Shown: positions 12,001-24,000 of the stretch, piece by piece
Numbering within the stretch: the first letter of the stretch is position 1
Layout: every line of letters starts with the position of its first letter
Origin: Candidatus Omnitrophota bacterium
Lineage (GTDB): Bacteria; Omnitrophota; Gorgyraeia; Zapsychrales; JANLHA01
Reading direction: 5' to 3'
Assembly (NCBI GenBank): GCA_963662715.1
Contig: OY759724.1
Coordinates: 1,110,001 to 1,142,000 of the forward strand
Length of the DNA stretch: 32,000 nt
The notes under the pieces: generated by a model
What the model was told of the DNA's origin: nothing
Seen by the model: only the letters and a program-made list of their open reading frames with translations
Databases searched by the model: none
Translations under genes and position numbers: made by a program

Positions 12001-15000
12001 CCGGAAGTTCTTCACTCGAGAGTTCGACCATCAGGTCCCAGAAGTCCGGCATGATCCCTTCATAATCCGGATGGTCTGTCTGCAGCGTCTCATACGCCTC
12101 TTCCCCGATCTCCCGGAAATCCTTCATATCCTCCGCATCCAAACGGTTCACGTCAAACCATCTCTGACCTATGTACCCCCGGCTCTTCACGTCATAGCCC
12201 AGGATCCCCGCCAAGGTGATCTTCGCCTCTCGCGCCTTCTTCTCCCCGCGCGGATCCGCGTTCCACATCCGGCTCAATAACTCTCCGCTCTCCAGCACGC
12301 TCTTCGCGTCCTTCGGCGTCAGCAATGTCAGATACAGCCCTTCATTCCCTTCAAAATATTCATGCAGTTTCCTCGCATACTCCCCTTCCTTCGTCTGCGC
12401 CTTCCGCTCTGCTTTCGTGTACGAATAGTGCAGGTGCACATACCCCAGCTCCTGATTCGCCTGCTGGTTCGCAAACATCTGGTTCGCCACATACAGCGGC
12501 GACGGATACGCATGCCGCGGCGTCCCAAACAGCTCAATATTGATCGGCGCCCGCAGATACTTCACATCCGCCAGCTTCGGCTCCGGCTTGTAATACACGC
12601 TTCGTCTGAACATCGTCTCGATCGGCGTTGTCCGCACCTTATCCCACAGCTCCTCATCCGTGATCCCGCCCTCCGGTACATTCAACGCCTTGCGCCAGTA
12701 CAACGCATTTGTTGGCTCATCATACAGGTAATCCACAACACTCCGACCTTCCGGCAGCACCAGCTGATGCGTCGGAATCCAGATATACCGGCTCGCACTG
12801 CTCCGCTCATCAAACGTGAACCGCACCGATGACTGCAGCTGCAGCCCCAGCTCTTCCCTGCGCTCTTCTCCGAAACCTCTTTCTTTCAACCCGGCATCCG
12901 TATAGGTCTTCAGGCCCGGGAACGCGAACGTCCAGCCCTTGTACCACCAATCCAGCGGCTTGACATCCATCCCCAGGATATGCGGCATGATAAAATGCGT
13001 GAACTGATCACCCTTCTTTTTGGCGATGATATACGCCCCGAACTGGATCGGTTTGGCAAATCCTTTCACCTTGCGGCTGAACACTTCTTCGATCTCATTG
13101 AGCCGGTGCGGCCCGTTCCACGGCCGCGGACTAGTCTCCCTCTCTTCGATCGAAGCCCCCGTCTTGGCTTCCGGGACTGTCGCGTCAAACGCTCTGACCG
13201 GGCTGGAGACCAGGCTGTCTTTCTTGCCTTTTTCCTCTTTTACATTTGAAGCAAAAATATAATTGACCGGCAGCGTCACCTGAACACTGGCATCATAAAT
13301 AGACGGCAACACGACACGTCTGGTTGCATATTTCACCTCAAACCCAAGCCCCGCCAGAATATCAACATAATGTTCTACTGACTTCTTGTATTGGGCCCAG
13401 CGGTGGCCGATAATCAACAGCTTACCGCCGTTCTTTAAAACCCGCCGGGCTTCCTCCAAGGCCTCTGCAGCTCTTTCGATATGTTCTACCGAATACGGGA
13501 AGATCACCAGATCAAACTGATCATCCTTAAAGGACAAGTCATAGACATTCCCCAAAACGGCATCGACACCTCTCTTCTGAGCAGCCCGAACCATTTCCGG
13601 GACCACATCAATGGCCTTCACGTCATTATGCTCCGAAAGGATGCTTTCCAGCTCACCCCGCCCGCTTCCGACGGAAAGGATTCTGCGGCCTTTAATATTC
13701 TTATACAGATATTCCAGCAGTTCGGGCATGGAGCTAACGGAATAATCTTTATTATCACGCCAGCCGTTTTGAGCGACGTCTCCGTAGAAAATCTCCGTAT
13801 CTTGCGGCAGTCTCACCAGGTCTTCGTAATTTTCCTGCCCGGCCCGGGTTTCCGCAAATCCTTCGTTAACCTTGATCGGGCTTGAAATCTCCCGGATGCC
13901 GGCCGGATGATCAAGATCATAAGGGACAGACCCTTTTGCGTTCCACCGCTTTATCTGAAGAACATTATGAATCTCACCCTTCATCAATTCCCCTGTCCCA
14001 AGGTTCATCAATGTTTGTGCAACATCTTCTTCAGAGCATAGGAATCTGCCCCTTATGAATAACTTTCTCCTTAAAACGAAATCAAAGGCAGATGATGCCA
14101 GAAGCAAACGACCAACAAAGGAAAGGGCATCCGGCTCACCCTTTTCAGAATCCCCCGTCCCAAGGTTCATCTTTTGATCTTCCTGATGACCTTCCCTGAG
14201 CAGCATGTCTCTGCCTTTGATTTCACTGTATTGTGTCCCCCTGTCAACCATCGGAGAACTGACCTCCCCTTTCGTGTCAGTCAGCACCAGATGCTGACAA
14301 GAAAATTCGCTGAAAACAATAGAACGATCAAACACATATTCCCTGAGTTTTTTCCAGGGCAGCAGGATCTCCTGCCGGTCTTTACCTTCCCGGACCGTCA
14401 AGGCATATCCTTCCCGTGTTCCCAGGACAGCAGCAACGTCTCCCCGGCGGATGAACAGGTATCTTGCTCCGTCCTTTGAACGAGACTGCTTTAAAAATTC
14501 CGATAAGGCGTGCATATGAAGTTCAACGTCCTCCCTGTAGACGATAATAAACAATGTGGCTGAATCATCCCCCAATGCGGATATGGCTTCCACGAATTCC
14601 CGCCGGTATTGCTGAACATATTTTTCAACATCAAAGCGAAGAATTCCTTTTGAAGCCCAGACAGGTTTATGCCACTGGTGAATGACATATCCCTGCTGAG
14701 CGAAATTGTCTCCGTTCAATTTTGCCCCTATGACTCCGATACAGTTGCCGCATCTTTGCGTCCCCCAGACAACCCTCTCCGTCACTTCAGGGACAGCCAC
14801 GATGTTCAATCCATCCCTGCTGAAACTCATGGCATTCCGGATAACAAGCCCGTGACTCGTCATTTCAGGTTCCAGGTCTCCGTTGTCTGCCAGCTCCTCG
14901 GTGGCCAAAGTGTATATGAATTTTTTCGCCTGAAGAATGTCTCGCGGATTTGAGGAAGCAAGGCCTTGCCGGGCCTTTTCAAGACCGGCATCCCGCCTGA

Positions 15001-18000
15001 CCGGAGAAGATACGCCGCCTTTTCCTTCAAGGTAAGCCTTGACATGACTTCTCATCCGGGAATAATGACGCCCCCAACCCGGATTGATCCAGAACGGTTC
15101 ATCCAAGTTATCGTCAAATTCAATCAGGACGTCTTCCATTTTCTTAACGAGTTCCACCCTCAGCGGCCTGGCGAATAAACGCTCCTCTATCCAGGACAAC
15201 CCGTCTTCCGTAACGGCTTTTTCAAGTAATGCCAGACGCACCAAAACGACAAGGGCTCTTAATTCATATTCCTGCTCGTTTAATAATGAAATCAGCCGGT
15301 CGACAAAAGCCTTTTGCCAGATTTCAAGATCTCTGGGCTGCCGGATATTCCTTCTTTCAAATATCCCGACAAAAACATCCAGCATGTTCCATTCCACCCC
15401 TTTCAGGTCATTTTGCAGCAGTTCTAAATATTTCTTTAATAATGTCAGACTCGGGACAGCCAGGTAAAGCCGGGTTAAGAAGGATTTCATGTTCTGATCA
15501 TATTCTCTGACGGCGGCTCTCCATCTTCTCAATTCACCGACCCTGTAAGAACTAACTTCATCCAAATAAATCTTCCTCACAGACGCAACAAACGTTATCT
15601 CCCATTCCGGCCAAAGAGCATCCAACTCTTCGTCAAAAACATCCAACAACTCAGGAACAGCTGCCAGCCCTGTATAAAATTCCCGCATTTTACTGATAAA
15701 ACTTTCAATGTGTTTCATCGATTCCGGTTTCCCGAAGGCCTTGAGAGCCGGCGCCGCGATTTTCAGCATTTGATAACGGATGTAGTATTTTCTTAAAGAT
15801 TCCCGGATCGTCAGCTGAATTTCTGTTCCGAGGAAACGGTATAGAACGGCTAACGCTCCCAACGACGGGCTGGTCTTGCGCAATTCAAGATCTATCCTCT
15901 GTGACAGTTTTGTTTTCAGCTGTTGGTCCCCGCTGATCTGCTTTCTCAATCGGCCGAAATCAAGACGGCTTTCGGGCCCGGCCTGTAAAGCCGCTGAAAA
16001 CTGCTGGACCAGATTCTTCCTGCCCAGCCTGACCAGGGCCAGGAGTTCTTTCTCCGATAATGCCTGGAACTCTTGTGTCTTTTTCCTTGAAGATTTCTTC
16101 TCTTTACGGACAGGCGATGATTGTGTTTCATCTTTCTTTAAACGATTAAGGCCCTCCTGTGCCTCGCGATTCGCAGGGTCAATGCTCAAAACATGCTGAT
16201 ACGTCTTCATAGCATCTTCGGCGTGTCCCTGCCTCCAAGCCGTCTCAGCCAGACCGTTCAAAGCCTCGGTGTTTCTGGAATCGATGTTCATGACACGGGC
16301 AAAAACCTTTTCTGCGTCCGGCCACAGACTTTGCCCGGCAAAAATATGGCCGATCTGGTTCAAGGCCCCGGTATGACAGTGATCTGCCCTTAACTGGTCA
16401 ATAGCATCGACCGCACGCGTAATAAGCGTCTTCTGCTGCCGGCTGAATCGCGCGTCTCCGGCCTGTACATGCGGGACAATGATCTGCTTAAAGATGACAT
16501 ACATCAATCGATAACTATACGATTGTACGCCCCTGACCTCTGCCAGGCTGTCAAAAGAACGGATGTCATCCACCATCTCCGCAGTTGTCTCCGGGAAATC
16601 CCTGACGGTCTTTAAGATATGCAGCATTTGAGTGAAGACGCGTTCATAATCTCCTGCCGTTGCGTTCTTAACAGCCAGAGAAATCTTAGGCCGGGAATCC
16701 AAGACCCGGCTTAACAGAGGCGCAAATTGGGTTCTCATCAAGTCGTGCCATGTGTAAGTCTCCAATATGCGTCGCTGCAGTTTTCTTCGCTTGGCGTAAT
16801 TGTGGCTTTCTGTAAAGACAACAATATCATGGGCAATATCCTGAGGTGTTCTGCGCAGGTCGAAAATCATGGTTTCGTCCCGCATCGTTTCGTGATGCGG
16901 AGCCAGGTCCGAAGCGATAACACCGGTCCTGACAGAAGCTGCTTCAATAAGCGGAATACCAAATGTCTCCATCCAGGAAGGGAACAAAAGGTGGTCGGAT
17001 AAAGTGATCAAATCCATGATAAGCTGGCGGTGCAGGAGCGGATCATGTTCTTTGGATGTATCAACAAAAACGACATATTTATCCGCCAATGGCTGAAGGA
17101 GACCAGCGAAGACCTGTATCTTCTCTTTATTATCTTCACCCATTTGAGCAAAAAGTTTTTTCGTAAAGGCATCGAAAGAACCGATCTCGGGAACAGCTAA
17201 GACAAGTTTTGTTCTCATGCCCTGGGCATTTAAGGCTCCGACAATTTCAATCGCTTTTGTGATATCTTTATTCCAGTCCACTCTGGTGGGGAAGACCAGG
17301 ACCAAATCCTGATCGTGAAGGTTATTGTCTCTGAAGATATCCAGAGCCTTTTGCGAGACAGATAAGCTCGAGTAGGTTTGAATGCCGGGGTTAACGATAG
17401 AAATATCCCGGGGATTGATGCCGTAGACCCGGGATAAAACATCCCGGTAGTGCTGGCTGACGGTGACATATGTCACATGTCCGGGTTTCTCAGGGCTCAG
17501 ATTAACAAGATTCAAAGGAGCTTTCTCGTGGACAACGTCTTCAATGTTATGCGTGTAGACGATGAATTGTTTCAACGGATTATCTCTCATGAGACGGTGC
17601 AAAGCCGCCGTAAACGGAAGGTTCAGGCGGACAGTCATAACATTGTGAATCACGATGATGTCCTGATCCGCGATTTCGCGGCTTAACCGTTCATAAATGG
17701 ATTGTTCTAACTGTCTGAAGGCGGGGATGATTTCTCCCTGATTGGCATGGACGAATACCGGATGATCGTGGGGTAAAGCTTCTAATCCTTCAAGGTAAGT
17801 ATAAGTCAAATACGGAGGCTCCTGATATCCGCCGGGAATCCCTCCGATCACCTTTACGGCCAGAGTGTCGTCATTCAGTTCACGTCCCACGGCCGCCAGC
17901 CATCTGGCCTGTTCAGCCATAACAATGTTCACGCCGCCCATGACCGGAGGGAAAGAGAAAGCGACAAAAGCTATTCTTAACTTCTGCGGAGGCGATCTGG

Positions 18001-21000
18001 CTGCAATGGATCTGAACAACCTTTCCGCCGGAGTCCTCCCCTGGCGCGTCAAGAACATCCGGCCGTCGGAATCCCTGTCCCACTCCAGGTTCGCCAGCTT
18101 TGTGATATAACGCGCTCGCGTCGATGCAGGCCAAGCACCTTTCATGATATGATCATTCATCATGGCGCGGATATCCCTGGCCGCAGGAATAACGGGTTCG
18201 TTAAACAAACGGAAACCGTCAAAAGTATTAAACCGGCCTAAAAGCATTAATATCAGAATAGCGGCCGACCAGCTGAAATCCTGCGCGGCCGGGATATGGT
18301 CGTCAACCGGGCCTTCGCCCCGCCGGCCGGTTTGAGAATTATAGTATTCATAAATATGCTGGTTCGCCTTGACCATCCGCAATAATTTGAGAACAGCTTG
18401 ATCGGCCTCTTTTATAAATCCGTATTTATAAAGCGTATCGACCATAAAATACGCCAGATTCAGCCAGACAGGTCCCCGCCAGTAAAACCCTGGTTCATAG
18501 CTCGGTTCAGAATACGCTACCGTTGGGAACGGATAAGCCCCGAAGAAATGATCCGGATGAATCAGAGTTTCCTGAATCATCGCCTGAACAACGGGTTCCA
18601 TGTCTCCGGGATGTCTCTGGGCCTGCTTGAATCTTTCCGGAAGCCCGCCTTCGCCGAATATCCGGCACACGGATTTCTCGCTCAAGGTCATAGGAATCCC
18701 GACCCAAAGCGGCAGGAAACAGGCAGGGGTTAGGATTCTCTGTTTGAGCTGATGATTGTCGCGATGAACATCAAAGAAGAGATTCCTTTCTTTATCATAA
18801 AAAGTCTCCCATATTCTCTGCCCAAGATTCAGGGCCTGACTATGCCACATATCCGCCTCTTTATCCCGGCCCAAGACTCTCGCCATCAAAGACAACATTT
18901 TCATATCCAAGAATAAGAACGAATTCAGATCTACCGCTTCCAGATGTTGACTTCCCTGATCCCAGCGCGGAGAGTTATCCCATCCGCTTTCCAGAGCATC
19001 TTTCCATTCGCATAATCCATTTTTATTGCGGTCACGGTTTTTAAACCACCACGCATTCCAAAGCGACAAATGGCCGTAAATTTCTTCCAGGAAGGCTTTA
19101 TCCCCATCCTGCTGATAAATCCGCATAGCCGCCCAGGTGAAGAGCGGAGGCTGAGCGCTGGGGATAGAGGCATCCGGCGTAAAGAAAACCAATCCGCCGT
19201 CAGGATTTTGATTTTCAAGTATCAGCCGGATATTGCTCTTCGCCAAAGCAGGATCCCATTCTTTTAAGGCCAAAGCGGCAAACGCAGCATCCCAAATCCA
19301 GAAAGCTTCATAGAATCCCCGCGACGGGAACGTCCCCCGATGCCCCTTCATCAGGGACCCATAGCCGACTTCTGCCTGAGGCGTGATTGTGTTTCTTGTC
19401 AAAACGACTTGAGCATGTACGAATTTCTTGCGGAATTCCGGCTCTATTTCCGGATACAGGCCCAGCAGGGCTTGCCAACGTTGTTGAGCCGCAGAAATAA
19501 ACTTGTCGATCTGCTCCGGCGTCTTCAGAATTCTTCTTTGAACAATCCTTTTAAGTCTTTTATCAAAAAATCTTATTGTTTTGTCCCGAGCAACGGCTGA
19601 GATAATAAAATTGAATTTCCCGGTCTGGTCCTTTTGCAATACCGCTGTCCGGCTGGTCGCCAGATAACCTTGCGGTTCTGTTTGATCCGGCTCAACGGCA
19701 AAATGGCTTAGTTCAAAAAGCGGCTTAATGCCTGTAAGAATGGCATATGACGGCTCCTCACGCAGTTTAAACGGCAACGGCTCTGTCGGCCGGGCTTCCT
19801 GTCTCAGGAATATGATATTCTTACTTTCATTCATATAAACACGCTTATCCGCATCCTCTTCGGCCATCTGACTCGAAAACCGCAGCGCCAATGAACGTGC
19901 CTTGGGTGACAGGTTTATCACTTCCACCCTGACTGTCAGGACATCTGTCTTGGCATAGGCAACGGCCATCCGTAAACGCACGCTGTCCTGTTCGGCTTCC
20001 TGTACAAATCCCCAGGCATGCCATTTGGTCTTATACCGTACCTGGCTCTGATCCTGGAATAACGTTTCACCCGAGGATAAATCCACGACACCAAGGCGCA
20101 GTAACGGCGCCAGGAAAGAGGACTTGCCGGTCCTTTGGCTCGCCAAAGCGGCATGATCTATGCCTGCCCTTTGACTGTCCTTGTCTTGCCATATCCCGAA
20201 CCGGGAATCCAAGTCGACAAATTGTGATTGAGGATCGATATTTCGATATGTTTCGTCAAATTCATACGAGGAAGTCCGGGAGGGTGCGCGATGATTGAAC
20301 AGCCCCTTGATAATCAGCGCAAAATAGTCATCAACTTCTATTCCGAAAACGCTGTGATTCTCCGGAGCGGCAATTCTGAAGGTCGCTTCCCGGATCCGCG
20401 GATTATCTTCCAGGTAGTAGCGGTTATTGACTCTTGTTTCAATTTCTTTATAACCCAACAGATGATCCTTTTCATGGCCTTCATTGACCCCCTGGATAAA
20501 GGCCTGATAATCTTCCAGGTCCCGGGTCCGGCCCGCCTGCTCCAACTCAGCTAGTTTCCCGAGCAGGCCCCAATAAATATAAAGGGTCTTTTTATCAACA
20601 GAAACGGATTCAATATACCCGTGCAACAGGCTTAAGTCAGCCGTCAGGATTACGTTTTGAGGCGGCGCATTCGCAAAATAATTCCGGAGAGACAGAAGCA
20701 TCTGCTTTTGAGCCGGGGTCGGATCAAAAGGCTCTCCCGCTTGAGGCCTGAGGTGCCCTTCCTGGATACGGGACCATTCAAAGATTAATGTCGGATAGTT
20801 TTCCGGCAGATATTTCTCCCTTTCTTCATCAGACGGCCGATAAGGCGCTGCCCACGGCTGCTGCTGAACTGGACTGCTGGAAGACTGGCCTTGATGATTC
20901 TCTTTCGAATGGAGGATATCATGCGTACGTGTGAGGATGAAGTAAAAATACTCATCCCCTTGTTCATAAAGCTCTTGCATCTTCTGAGCGACCCTCTTAA

Positions 21001-24000
21001 GATGTCCCTGCATTTTGATTGTCGGATTCCATCGAATCGTTCTTAAGGCAATACGAATGGCCATAGAAGAATAGTACTGTTTCTCCAACAAGCCTTTTTC
21101 TTCCAATAATGTCATATTCGCTTTGCGCAAGAGATCCAAACGGGCATCCAGCTGGTCGCTCAGGAAAAGACTGGCAGCGGTTAATGTTCGGCCGAAACCT
21201 CCCCGGTGAAGTTCAATATCATGAATCAATTGCTTAACCGGATCAGGGAGAGATATTCCCTCTGCTTTTAATAGTTTCAAAGCCGACTGCCCATGACTCA
21301 GCATAACGTCTTGGTCCTCTTCAGACAACGTCACTAACGGTAAAGGCTGATTGTGCAGGGCAACCATTGTTACAGATTCTAATTTTCCTAAGTCATGGGC
21401 CAACCCGGCCAAACGTAATCTGGCGACAAGGGTTCTGTTTAAGCCTAACTCATGAGCTATATACGTGCCAAGAAGAACCACAGCCGTCGCATGTTCGAGA
21501 ATATGCAGAGTCTTGTTTAACGACACGGGCAACCGCATCATCTGCTTGACATAGACGCGGAGGATGGCCCTTTCCTGTGGGGTAGCCTGCTCCCACAAGG
21601 CCATAACACCTTCTCTGAAGAAACGGCCTCTTAACGTGGACTGATCCAGAACGTTTGTGTCGAAAGCATTGACTTTGTGTCGGATGCGGTTAAACAATCT
21701 CTGTCCGCCGAGACTTGCACGGAACGTCTTGACTCCGATGACCTGAACAAGGAATTCCATCAGTTCTGCACTGGCTGCGACACGGTAACCTCTCTTATGG
21801 GACAAATCAAGCTGACGCCGGACTTCCTTATCTGATAAACGGCCCCGCAGTCCGCTAAAACCGAATATTCCCAAAATGAAACGAAGACCGGCTTTCCATT
21901 TCATGGAAAGGGTGAATTTCTCTGTTTCATAAAGAGGGAATTGTGTTATGACCTGATCAAAACAAGACATCTGTTCCACAGCGCTTATAAACTCCCGCTC
22001 CGGTCCGGAAAGTCCGCCTTCTCCCGAGAACAGAAGACCTCTTTTAACTTTTAAATAATTGTAGCGGGCCAAGAGTTGACCGAGCACAAACTCCATGGAA
22101 TGAGGGACATAATCGGGGTTCACATCAACCGGATAAATATAATCCATTCTCAACCTATCGCGTGCCAAATCCATCAAATTCAACGATTCAACATGCATCC
22201 GCTGATCCGGTCCTTTGTGCATAATATTGACTTTTGTCCTGGGATCCAATCCGGCGGCTATAAAACGCCGGGCCGCCATAATCATTTCATTCTGGGTCAC
22301 CTCAGCCAACTGAAGAGCTTCCTGGGGCGTTAATTCCATCTCCCCGGCCGTTTTGGCTGAGTTAATTAATCTATGATACCCGGCCGACAGGCCATGCTGC
22401 GCCATGAAGCGGAAAGGATCCCGGGTGTCGTGGCCTTGGATAGCCATCTCAATCGTCCCGTCCGGATTCTTCTGGAAGAATCCCCGTAAAGTAAACCGGA
22501 TACCTTTCGTGTTCAGTTCTGATTCCGGAGTATCGATCGCAAACACGGATTTCCCGCCGGGAACATATTTAAAGATGAAAACCCCGATATTGTGATCCGC
22601 CAAATACTGCTCAAAAGCCTCTTGAATTTCAGCGGTAGTCATAAAATGATTTATCTCTTCCGAACCTTCCAGAATAACATTGTCAAACTGCCCGCTTTCA
22701 TTGGCCAACAGATCAGCGAGCCGTTTGGCCGGATTCCCGCTGCCCATCAGGCGAAGAGTTTGTTCCAAGGCGGCACGGGCCGACGGATCATAGCGGAGCA
22801 GTTTAGCCACGTCCTGGACAACAGCAGGAGTTTCCGCCAGCATATTATGGAAGTGATGCAACTGCCTGCCCAAAGCTTCCAACGCCAACAGCTCTGCCAG
22901 CTTCCGGTTGACCAGGGTCATTCTGCCGGAACGGGCATAATAAAACGGTTCCCTGGCGGACGGGTACATCTTTCGAAACTCTTCTTCTGAAACAATCTGA
23001 ACTGAAAAATCATTCTTAAATTGAATCGCCAAGAAATACTTTTCGAACTCTTCTTTTAAACGCAGATAATAAGGCACATCCTCGGGCGGCACCGTTTGTA
23101 TCATGGCCAACAACGTCTTGTCATGTGCCGGATACCCCGTAACTTCCGCCACAGCCGCATGAGCAGCAATCTTTAATGTCCGATCGGATTTCGACTGCGC
23201 ACGGGCAATAAGCCGTTCCATCCGCCGCCTTAGCCCGTCTTCCCGCATGCCCTTCTCATCAGAAAGAGCATCTGCGCCCCAAAGGGCCACGACCTCAGCC
23301 AGTCTTTTCCTGAGTTTATATTGATCTTCCTCTCGGACAAGGGCGCGGTTGAAAACATAACCCTGGAAATATTGATCTTCTATTTGAGAATGCGCCCCCT
23401 CTTCCTTGCGTGACAAAGCATCCTTGTCGCTTATCTGCTGATGATAAATCAAACGGTAGAAAATACTGAACCTTAACGCGCTGACGGAATCATAACGTTC
23501 CGGAACATTCAGATAATTTGCGAAATTAATCCCCAGCAGATCATTCTGCATATAAAGGATCGGATGAACCGCATGAGGGACATAAATCAGAGTGACCTTA
23601 TTTGTATAAAGACCGGCCAAACCTGTCTTTTCTAAGTCCGGGAGAACCTGCTGCCGCAAAGCCTGGTACATGTTGGCACATAAATCCAGCAACACTGTCA
23701 TATCATGCATAAATTGCTCTCCGGGATTATCCCCCGGTTTCAGGCCTGCATATCGCGCAAAAATTCTGTCCAGGAATAAATCCCGGTAGCTCATATCCAG
23801 CCATGAGGTAGACGGCTGTGTTTGCAAAAAGGCCTTCACTTTTGTTCTAAAGATTTCCGCGGATTTGAGCAAACGGCCAAGACCGGGGTCCGCCAAGTCA
23901 TCAGAGAAATAGGACCCGACATCCTGGGAGTAATCCTTCCGGCTTCTTTCCGAAATCGGAGAAGAAGATCCCCCGGAAGGCAAAAGGAAGCTGTCGTCAA

